A stretch of 64,000 nt of DNA, taken from NCBI GenBank assembly GCA_030704615.1, contig CM060731.1:54250001-54314000 (forward strand), in the 5' to 3' direction. Both the position numbers and the translations under genes were made by a program. Source of the DNA: Takakia lepidozioides (taxonomy: Eukaryota > Plantae > Bryophyta). Position 1 is the stretch's first letter. Each line of letters starts with the position of its first letter. The notes below the pieces were generated by a model that was given only the letters and a program-made list of their open reading frames with translations, ran no database searches and was not told where the DNA came from. Positions 25,901 to 36,200 of this stretch are shown in pieces.

Positions 25901-28900
25901 CCACGAAGTTCGCAAGGTTTGCCTCTTTTTTGCTGCAGGAATTCCAATTGCAGTCATTGCGTTTCTGATGCAGAGTTACTTCTTTGAGATCATGGGAGAG
26001 CGTCTCACTGTCCGTGTCCGGGAAAAGATGTTCTCAGGTGAGCGGTGGTTATTGGCCATCTTTCCAGCTTGAACTGCAATTTCATTTGTATTCAAGAGGG
26101 AATAAAGCAGGACTGTGTACATCTGTACGTGAAACCTTGATCTTAGAGAGTGAAATCTTGTACCATGGTTTGTGCATGGTTGTTCTAGTCGGATATGCAC
26201 AATTGTGCAAAAAAATTACTGACAAATTTCCTTTCGTTATTTGTCAGCAATACTGCGTCAAGAAGTAGGCTGGTTTGATGATGAGGACAACAATAGCAGT
26301 CTTCTGGCTTCGCACCTTGCGGTTGATGCAGCCTCAGTGCGGTCTGCAGTTGGGGACCGCCTGTCAATGTTCCTGCAGACTATATCACTACTTTCTGCGG
26401 CTTTTGGTATAGGCTTTTATCTGGAATGGCATATTACAGCAGTACTCCTTGCAACATACCCACTAATCACCAGCGCATTCGTGGCTGAGGTATGTGGTCA
26501 TCAATGTCTCTCCTATTCTATGGGCTTCATGGTAGTACCAGATCCGTAAAGATATCAATCTGCTTGTAAGGGCTCAGAAGAAATTATACTGGGACAAGTT
26601 ATACAGTGAAATAAACTCAAACCACCATGGTGGTAATGACAAGAGATTCAGGTTGGCCCTTCAACGCTTGTACAAGCCGAAAAGCTGTCAGCAAGTACAA
26701 GCGCTGAAGACTACTAAGGGTGCAGTGGTAACTTCATCGGTTGACATTGTCAAAACCTTTGAAACCCACTACAGTATCCTTGGCAGAACTTCTAGGTCTA
26801 ACAGTGAGGGGTCCTCTGATGAATGGAAGGACACAGTTGGTAAAACTGTTCCTATGATTCAAAACAGCCCTGATGAACTGGAGTATATTTCAAAAGCCTA
26901 CAACGCTCCCATTAGTTCTTCTGAGATTGTGGAAGCAATTAAACATCTAAATGGATATAAAGCAGGTGGTCCTGATGGCATAGTCAACGAGCTTATCAAG
27001 CACGGTGACGATCCCATGATAGAGGCCCTAGTTCTCCTCTTTAACCTTATCTGGAAGACTGAAATGATCCCCTTTCGCTGGCGACAGGGGGTCATTGTCA
27101 ATTTATGTAAGAAGGGTGACAGAGAAGACCCGGGGAACTATCGTGGCATCACGCTCCTCGATGCTGTTCTCAAGATATTTTGCAGAGTTATAAGTACTTG
27201 TCTCGAGGTTGATCTGGAATCTAGGGGTTGTTTTCACGAAGGCCAAGCTGGCTTTCAGCGAAACAGGGGCTGTGTGGACCATATCTTCACTCTAAGCCAG
27301 ATTATCCAGGGAAGGAAAAAAGAAGGGAAACCCACTTATGTTTTTTTCTTGGATGTCAAAAAGGCTTATGACACTGGAGAGATGGTCTATGGCTCCGCCT
27401 CTGGTCTTGCGGAATCAAGGGAAAAATGTGGAGAGTTGTCCATAACTTGTATGCACACACCAAAAGCTGTGTCACTGTTAATGGACAGAAGTCTAACTTC
27501 TTTGACATAGACCAAGGTGTAGCTCAAGGATGTACCCTCTCCCCTCTGCTCTTCAATGTTTTCATCAATCAACTCCTCGAGGATGTGGAACGTGAGGGAT
27601 TTGGGTTAAGGGTGGGTGATGCCACCATTCCAGCCCTTATGTTTGCGGATGACTTCGCAGGCATAGGGGAGACTCCTTCCAACCTCCAGGAATTGATTGA
27701 TTGCGCGAAGAGATTTGGGGACGGAGGTTAATGTCAGTAAATGTGCAGTGGTGGCATTCAACGACAGAGGAGAGGGAGGAAGTGATCTTAAGTGGCAGTG
27801 GGGTAGCCAAGAGATCCCAGTCCTCCCTTCCTACACATACCTGGGCGTTGAGTTTTCCTCCAACTGTAACTGGGATGCACACATCCAGAAAGTTGTTCAA
27901 ACTGGCAAGGGCAAAGCGCTGAATCTCACGAAATTTTTTCACTGCAGAGGGATTAACTCTGAGGTCAAGAAAACCTTGCTTTGCCGCGCTATTAGACCTG
28001 CCTTGGAGTACGGATCTGCTATATGGATAACTCCAACCAGGCTAAGTCTCTAGAATCCATTCAAGTGGGGGTGCTTAAGGAGTGCATGTCAGCATGCTCC
28101 AAAACAGTCAATGTGGCTGTTCGGGGTGAGTTTGGCATCCCTTCCTTAAGCACCCGACGAGATGAATTCAAGGTCAGATGGTGGGGTCATCTGCAACACA
28201 TGTCCAACACCAGATACCCTAAGTTAATCGACTCTATGTCTTGGAAACAGGACTGCCCTGTCAAACAGGCTAAGTCCTGGCAGAAGAGAGTAGAAGAGAT
28301 TCTCAAGGATCTGAATCTGGACCCGCAAGTCTTGACCTTGCTGGATAAATCTGACTTAGAGACTGTAGTGTCCAAAGCCATGTCTGTTACCAGCAAATTG
28401 TCTGATGCAAATGAAGTTAGGCAGAAAACTTCCCTGAACCTGTTTCCAGTCTGTGACATGGGGGAGGATATCATGGATGACCTCAAAGGTCTACCCACTC
28501 TCGGCACCAGACTGAAATTTAACCTCAGGGCAGGAAGCCTACCTTTGAACAGTAAACAGAAGCAGAGAGGAAATGGAGAGTGCAATTGCCGTTGTGTGGC
28601 CGACCCAAAGACAATATTCATTTTCTGATTCACTGTCCGGGGTACTCTCACCAGAGAGAAGCTCTCCTCCAATCTATCAAGAGAATTGTGCCTGTACCTC
28701 TGTTTACCAACTCTGAAAATCTCGAGGCTGAGCCAAAAGCCCAGGCCCTTCTGAGGCCTAGTTTTTGGGCAAGTCACACACAGCAGATTGATGCTTGTGT
28801 GAAGGGATTTCTAGAGGATATCTGGAAAACCCGAATTAATTCTATTTATAAAGGTAAGTTTTACTACCAATGTCAGCCCCTGACAGAGGTAGGTTCTGTC

Positions 28901-31163
28901 CCTTTGGTTTCCACTCAAACTGGGCGCGGGGTCAATGGCCACAAGGCTACGGCAAACAATGTCTTATGAGTACATTCTATGGGCTTCATGGGGACAAAAT
29001 GTACTTTCTTACTTCTCTCTCTTTCTTGTTTCATGCTTTCTCTAGCAGCTGTTCTTGAAGCCTTGAACTGACAATTGGCATGAGGTGAATGGTTTGAGCC
29101 TGTAGCCTTTTGGAGAACAACCAACAGCCAGCCTGGTAGAATTAGAACCTTTGAATGGTGGATCATGTGCATTGTACATACAGAATGGTCCATGAGCACA
29201 TCCTTTCTCAACTTGTTACACCGTGCAATTGTTCTAGTCTTTTGGCAAGTGTGTTCACCTTGCTTTTCCATGTGGACAGGCCTTGTTTCTGAAGGGCTTT
29301 GGCGGGAATTTGGCCAAGGCATATGCCAGGGCAACCATGGTGGCCGATGAGGCTGTTAGCAACATTCGTACTATTGCAGCCTTTTGTGCCGAAACAAAAG
29401 TTGTAGACCTTTTTATCCAAGAGCTTAAGGAGTCAGAGAAAAGAACCATGGTGCGTGGACATATTGCTGGTCTCGGCTATGGCGTGTCCCAATTTTTCTT
29501 ATTCAGTTCCTATGGGCTGGCAATGTACTATTCCGGGATTCTGCTTAGAAAGCAGGAAATAATTGGACTCGATGGTTTTTCAAGGTTGATGCAAAGCTTC
29601 ATCGTTTTGTTTCTGTCAGCCCTCATGCTGGCTGAGACACTCACCATGGCCCCTGACATCCTGAAGGGCTCGAAGGTGCAGCTCTCTACCATACCCCAGG
29701 CATTATATGTGAACTATTCAAAGTACTTTGTGCTTTTGTGGAGTACAAAATCTCACAAACAAATGGTATCTGCTCCCTCCAAAGTAAGCAAACACTGTAC
29801 TTGAAACAGGCAAGACTAAAGTCACTGCAACTGTCTTCCAGGCTCTGCAGTCAATCTTCAAGATTCTCGACCGAGAGACGCAGATCGATCCTGAGGAGAA
29901 ACAAGCCGAGGTGGTTACCAAAGTGACCGGAGAGATTGAGCTGAAGCGTGTCGAATTTTCTTACCCAGCGAGACCAGATATTTGTATCTTCAAGGACTTC
30001 AACTTAAAAGTGCCAGTGGGCAAGAGCCTCGCATTAGTAGGGGTTAGTGGGTCAGGTAAGTGTCAGAGTTTTCTTCTTTATTGAGTTATAATTAACAGCT
30101 TAAAATGGAAATGTGCAAGCTTTTGTCATGAAGATGGCTATCCCTTGGACTTGAATTGTTAACTCAAATCTGAAACCGTGTGTATGTGTCTTTGCGCAGG
30201 GAAAAGTTCTGTTATTGGACTCATTGCGAGGTTCTATGACCCTGTCCAAGGAGTGGTAATGGTGGATGGAAAGGACATTAAGAAGATGAAGCTACAGCAA
30301 CTGCGCCGCAATATAGGGCTAGTACAGCAAGAACCCACTCTGTTTGCCAGCACCATCTATGACAATATTATATATGGTAGAGATGGGGCATCAGAGGCAG
30401 AGGTCATACAAGCAGCCAAAGCAGCAAATGCACACAACTTCATCAGCAGTTTACCGAAAGGATACAAGACAGAGGTAGGAGAAAGGGGTGTTCAGTTGTC
30501 CGGCGGTCAAAAGCAACGGGTAGCTATAGCAAGGGCAGTCTTGAAGGACCCAGCAATTTTGTTACTAGATGAGGCGACAAGTGCCCTGGACTTGGAGTCA
30601 GAGCAGATCGTTCAAGCAGCGCTCGACAAATTGATGCAAGGGAGAACAACTGTGTTGATTGCCCACAGGTAAGAAGACAACTTATTTTATTGCTAGAACT
30701 GTCCTAGTGGGACTGGATTTTCAATGTGAAACAAGATAGGAACTATACAACGTTCATGGAGAGCCCAAAGAGCTCGTCTGACAAGAATGTATGAATCCCC
30801 TAGCAAAACAGAGATATAAAGAGGGGAGAGACTTTATTTCGTAAGGACCGTCTTTACCTCATTGATATGACAGTCTATGTACTGCGTAAATGTTGCAGAT
30901 TTGTGTTCGTTCCCTTATTTGTAACTCTACCATCACATTAGTGCTGGCCAGGGCTGCTGCTATCTGAGAACTTTCTAGCTATATTTTCAAGTCCAGCTGG
31001 GAATTTTGAATTGTGCAGGCTCTCAACCATTCGAAATGCGGACACCATAGCAGTCATCCAGGATGGACGAGTTGTAGAGAAGGGAAGTCATGGATCGCTA
31101 ATGGCCAGAGAAGATGGTGCATATTCCCAGCTTGTCAATCTACATCACCAGACAAAAAGTTGA
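16922..31163 (+). CDS. ABCB: Full-size ABC transporter subfamily B (P-glycoprotein/MDR; TMD-NBD-TMD-NBD), about 1274 aa, 15 coding exons
   Basis: GT-AG exons: 16922-17182, 17436-17490, 17966-18141, 18448-18648, 18861-19120, 20062-20384, 20620-20843, 21321-21600, 21943-22078, 25595-26037, 26248-26489, 29280-29675, 29842-30055, 30200-30668, 31019-31163. They join in frame (3825 nt including TGA). Walker A motifs GGSGSGKS and GVSGSGKS; signature LSGGQKQR, Walker [12 protein letters not shown] and AHRLST each occur twice. The true start may lie further upstream. Confidence 0.95.
17586..17770 (-). mobile_element. Short interspersed repeat with (CATTT)n tail (SINE-like), ABCB intron 2
   Basis: GAAATGAAATGAAATG...AACGTCCGTGGAAAGCTCATAGAGCTT...GATTGTCTAAGGG..AAGGCCTCGTGCAGGTA matches 22205-22404 (inverted) and 25047-25238. 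Confidence 0.65.
22205..22404 (+). mobile_element. Short interspersed repeat with (CATTT)n tail (SINE-like), ABCB intron 9
   Basis: ...TAAGCTCTTTGAGCTTTCCGCGGACGT...CCATTTCGTTTCATTTCA; reverse-complement homologue of 17586-17770. Confidence 0.65.
22444..24850 (-). mobile_element. Decayed RTE/RTE-X-like LINE, antisense in ABCB intron 9; 5' boundary approximate
   Basis: Fragments include [10 protein letters not shown] (APE N-terminus), [26 protein letters not shown] and CG.PEDSIHF.IQCPRY. The 3' end [10 protein letters not shown] is homologous to the 26.5-29.0 kb copy. Confidence 0.85.
25047..25345 (-). mobile_element. Two further copies (one partial) of the (CATTT)n-tailed short repeat
   Basis: GAAATGAAATG..GTCCGTGGACAGCTCAAAGAGCT at about 25047-25238 and GAAATGAAATG..ATCCGCGGAAAGCTCAAAGAGCTT at about 25285-25345. 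Confidence 0.6.
26533..28973 (+). mobile_element. 5'-truncated RTE/RTE-X-like LINE in ABCB intron 11
   Basis: Perfect 18-bp TSD ATTCTATGGGCTTCATGG at 26515-26532 and 28974-28991. RT motifs [46 protein letters not shown] and YLG, plus a C-terminal Cys/His motif. Several frameshifts. Confidence 0.93.
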
Positions 31164-31230
31164 TCTTGGTAGAAGGTGCAAGCTACTAGGAAGCTTGTTA
31201 GATGTGTTCTATCTCTCTCTCAGCCTACAT

Positions 31231-31483
31231 CTGGAGAGACTGAGCCTAAACCCCTGGCCCTGTTAAGTTCCAACTTTTTGGGCTGCTCACACTACAGCAG
31301 ATTGATGCTTGTGTGAAGGGCTTTCTAGAGGATATCTGGAAAGCCCGCATTGTTTATATCACGGTTAGTCGCACTACTGGAGTGATCCCCTCACAATGGT
31401 AGTGTCTGTTCCCTATGTTTCCGTCCAAACTGGGCGCGGGGTCGATGGCCACAAAGCTACGGCAAATAACATCTCGTGAGTAC
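31231..31483 (+). mobile_element. 253-bp 3' fragment of the same RTE-like LINE, immediately downstream of the ABCB stop
   Basis: Matches 28720-28973 (CAGCAGATTGATGCTTGTGTGAAGGG..CTAGAGGATATCTGGAAA; CAAACTGGGCGCGGGGTC). 17-bp TSD TCTCTCTCAGCCTACAT / TTTTTCTCAGTCTACAT. Confidence 0.88.
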
Positions 31484-31940
31484 TTTTTCTCAGTCTACAT
31501 GATGTTTAGACTACCAAGTCCTCAATACTAGGACATAGTTGGTTAAGGTCACTCATTCAGGTCTTGTTTCGTACAAATGAAAGCCACAATTTATAGGAGA
31601 CACGAACTGTGATCTCACCACATACTTCCCAACATAGGGTTGGCCATTTTATACACTCTGTTATCAGAGTCTCAGGGGTTAGACAAATAACAATGTCACA
31701 TGTAACATCTATCATTGCCGGCTATGCAAACAGATACACTATTTGTTTCTGAATTCAGAAGGCAGAAATGAGTGCTGCGAGAGTGTACTTCTTTTGTATG
31801 GGAGAGTAATGGTGCCTCAACTTCCCGTGGCCTACCTATTTCCCATATTGGCCTTTCTAATGGCCAGGGGAATCAACCAACAACCTAAGGCATTCTGAAA
31901 CAACAGATTCAGAGATGAAAGTGAGCACTCTGCTTATTTC

Positions 31941-32640
31941 CAACCTTGGCAGCAAGTTTGGCTTGCCCAACGGAAACCTGCAACTTGCCACTGCCAGCCT
32001 GTCCCAGCACTCCATAGCCCTCCCCAAAGCCATCCTCTGGATCCTGACCTGAGTTAGTCACATACTTACTACCAAGCTGTAGTGATGATCTTCATGCCCA
32101 CTAATATGACCCTATCTGATCGTCCCAACCAAGCACACAACCACACCTGAATCAGACCTTCATCACTGCTGATATGCAACTAATGCGTGGTGAAGTTGCG
32201 ACTGTAAACTTCTTGCAATGGCATGGGAATAAAAAAAGAGAGCTCACTACCAACCGAGGACAGGCTTCAGGAACCCCCTGTTTCTTCTTGGGTTCACTAT
32301 AATGGCTTCGGCTTCTTGGCAGGGGGTCCTCGGGCCACTCCTCCTATCTTTTGGGAATTTACTCCCTCCAGGGGGCCAGCCCATTCTTTGCAGTTAGGTC
32401 GCCCTGTCCATGGGCAGCCTTTCATGGCCATTGCAACAATTGCAGATAGACTTGGTGCCAAATACCCCTTTGGATCTCCACAAGGTCCACAGCCAGTTCT
32501 TTGCCTCATGAAGGGCAAGGACCCGAGCACATGCCGCAATTCTTGTCTTGTGCAAATTCTCATATGGCCTCCAGAAACATCGATTAACTTCAAAGCCATA
32601 GATGGTCCAAGAATGGCATACAGATTGGGTGCGTAGCCCC
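31941..32640 (-). pseudogene. PRP31: Fragmented PRP31 (U4/U6 snRNP protein) pseudogene
   Basis: Minus-strand fragments GYAPNLYAILGPSMALKLIDVSGG, GYLAPSLSAIV, GPPAKKPKPL/SEPKKKQG and DGFGEGYGVLGQAGSGKLQVSVGQAKLAAKV. These match recalled plant PRP31 motifs (APNLSAIVG, PPPAKQPKPL..SEPKKKRGG, DGLGEGYGMLGQAGS). Frameshifts, stops and deletions are present. Confidence 0.82.
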
Positions 32641-33210
32641 TAACCAACAATTCCAGTGTCTTTGTGTGCCTCCTGAAATACAAGAACAAGATCACACGCC
32701 ACAATAGTCCTATGCAGATTTTCTCGACAACGGATTCCGAGCGGATTCCGGTTGTGGAAGGTCTGGACTGAATCAGCCTGGAGTTTAGAACGTCCTCTTG
32801 CTTTACAAGGCTAAGGTTTTGTCATTCCCTATCTTACTCACTACTCTCGAGTATAGAATGGGATCTGTAACTAAAGAGTCTAGCCCAGGGAGCCTCAAGT
32901 GCTACTGATCATTTTAAAAACTATGTGTGGCACTAGACGGAGCCAAGGTCTTACATCTGTCCACGATTTCAAATGACTCTTCTCTTAGTGAGCCCTTTGC
33001 ATTCTCCGCCGTACCCTCATATCCTCTTGAGCATCTCTGCTGGGATGTCATTGCACTGACTCTGCTCTCGCAAATTCAGTGGTCCTACGAATAACCTTTT
33101 CAGTACAACATAGTTTCTTCTGCATACTGACACCTAAATCTGCCGACGGTTGACAGACACTATTCTAAAATGATGCCTGATTTCTGTTCTTTGTTTTGGG
33201 GGGTATTTTT

Positions 33211-36200
33211 TTTTTTTGGGTGGGTAAACAGGGGAGCCCTGACAAATTTTATTAATAAAACTGAGGAAAAAATAACCTCAGGAAAAACAACCATAAGGAT
33301 GATAAAGGAGACACTGCCCCGTGGCCAAATCTGAGAGAGGCTGCAGGAGCTAAGGATGAGTAGGTCCATAGCAGCGAGACAAGACTACACATGCTCATTG
33401 ATTCTGCGTCCAGAGGATTCAAACGAGAGGTGGGCTTTGGATTTGCCCTTTCTGGAGGTTCTCTTATGCCTCCAATTCCTATCTGATTCTTCTTGCTCCA
33501 TAGATAGCTGGGCGCTAGTGGAGCTGCCAACATGGCGGGATGTTGTCGTTCCAGACAATCGATGAGTCTGATGTCCTTGTGCAGATGATGTTCCCTTTCC
33601 CCCAGGCGTTATCAAAGCCAGTGAAAAGCTGTTGTCTCCTTCGTTGCGCACATCGAGAAGTAGCTGCACAGAGGACATTACAGGCCTTTCTTGCTTCAGT
33701 TATTAAATCTGAGTGGATCATGAAGAGAACCTTCTGAACACTGGGCTGAGACCCTCCCAACACTAAAGAATATCTGTTTTTCCATACATTCCAGAGCGAG
33801 TGCGCTCGAAGACAGGCCCATACCGGGCAAATAGACCATGTTGATCCTTCATGAAGGTTGAGCAAGATTAACGAAGACTGCATGGGAATGGACGGGACCC
33901 AGGCCAAGTAAAACAGTCTGATACGGTTCCAGATGAAACCAGCAAAGGGGCATTCTACCAAACAATGATCCAGTGATTCCGAGAGGCCCAGGTTGCACAC
34001 TTGACATTGGTCAGGAGCATCTGGAATGACTTGAAGGACCGGCAAAATTCTATTGACCAGCTTCCAAAGAAAACCCGAGATTTTGGCCTGTCTGTCCTTT
34101 CTGCAAACATCCTTCCATATGTGTTGCCAATTAAGGGGTAGAGTGGGTAGATGTCCCCACTTGGCATTCCATTTGGCCTCAAAAGTAACCGGAGGTAGTA
34201 ATAAAGAGTAGCCCAGCTTGACTCTGTAACCCAGAAAAAGGATATGCTTTTTAGACATCCAGTTCCATTCTGCTGGGTCAAATTGCAGCATATGCAAAAG
34301 GGCAGTAAGAAACCAGTTGAAGGATCCGAAATAATGTTGCATATTCAAAGGGGGAATTGGATCACATTTCCCAGAGTCTTTGCAGTAAACTCTAATGGCG
34401 TACATATCCGATTCTAGCAAGTGAGACCACACAGGGGAAGTCAAGGTACCATCAGATTGAACTTGAAATTGCCAACCAGAGATCAGATTCCCTATTCTGT
34501 GGATAGCATAAAGGGCATACTTAGAAGCAGTGCCACTGTCCCCCCCCCCAGCCATACTGGCAGAGCCCTGATATTGGAAGGGAAAGAACAAAGTGAAATC
34601 CACAATTGAGGAATGTTATTGACAATCTGATCCCAGCATGCAGCCTTCCTAGGTGAAAGATTGTTGGCGGCAGTGGCTCTGGGTAGAATCGACCCTGATT
34701 CCCAAATGTGGAGGAAGTTGACAATCCCTGCCTTTCTCCCATGATGCCCATATTTTAGAACAGGTGATTAAGGAGTCAGAGTCAGCATTTAGATTTCCAC
34801 AAAGAGGCTGCCTCATGGCTTCTTCCTTTGTCTTAGGGTGGACTGGAAAAGATTGGGCCTCATTTTAATTCATGCAGCCCAGATGGACCGCCACGCCTTT
34901 GATCCAAAGGAGAAGGCACGTTAGGATCGGTTACCCTGGGTTATCCATCTCAGCAAGAGGCCCCGAGTCCAGAATGTGACATCTAACAACAAGACTCCAC
35001 GGGGATGAAAGATGAGTCAAAACCCTAGGCACCCATTGGCCAATAAGGCAAGGATTTGGGATTGAGGGTCCAGAACCCCCAAGCCCCCATTTTTTTTTTT
35101 TTTTGAGAGATCTGGGCCCAGCTTACTAAGCTTCTTCTGTTTGGCATAGCCGGGGTAGCCCCCCATATGAAGTTTCGAGTCATGGTTTTAATTTGCAAGA
35201 TAATCTTGGAGCCAGGGGACCAGACAGCCGAGGAAAACCATGAGGAGGATTGGATTACCTGGTTAGCAACCAGAGCCCGCCCAGCTATAGACAAATGAAT
35301 GGAGCACCAATGGCCCATTTTCTTCCTGATTTTGGCCAGAACCGCCTCACATCTCTGCATCTCTGTGAGGTCACGACCCACTAGGTGCCTCAAAAGATTA
35401 TGGGCTTCCCCATTTTGAAGCCAACGAAGACCCAAATCCTCCCCCCAAGGCGCGATATGATGTCCCCGCTTGGATGGAAAGCTTGGAGAGAATAGCTACT
35501 ATCTTGGACCAATTTATCCGTAACCTTGATGCAAGGCAGAAGGTCTTTAGAGCCAGAAGGATGGCTGAGACGTTCTTTTGCGTAGAGTTGTCAATAAACA
35601 AGACAGTGTCGTCAGTGTATAAGGAGTTCTTGACAGAGGCAGGAGAGGGTAAAGATCTTGGGATTTTTAAACCCTTGCAAGGAGGTATTTGCAGCAAGCA
35701 AGTGACCGAGGGCATCCGCTGCGATGAGAAAGAGGAAGGGGGATAAAGGGCACCCTTGCCTTACTGACCTGTTTAATTGAAAGGATTTGGATAGAACTCC
35801 ATTGACTTGAACTTTGCTAGAGGCCGAGAAGAGAAGGATTTCTATCCAAGACATGAAATTCCCTTCGAATCCTAGCTTCTGAATGACCCCTAGGAGAAGA
35901 GCCCAATCAATATTGTCGAAGGCCTCTTCGAAGTCCAACATTAGCACCGCTAGAGGCTGGTCCGAAAGATGGGCCAAATGAAGAGCTTCTATTGCCAAAA
36001 GAACATTGTCTAGGATCATTCTATTTTGCATAAACCCAGTCTGCTCTGGACGCACCACCTGGGCAAAAAGGGCTGAAGCCTCATGGCGAGAGCCTTAGCT
36101 ATGATCTTGTAAGAAGAATTAAGCAACGTAATGGGTCTGTAGTTGGTAATCAAGTCACGATCCCTTTTTTTGAAAATCAAAGCAATTACCCCTTGAGATA

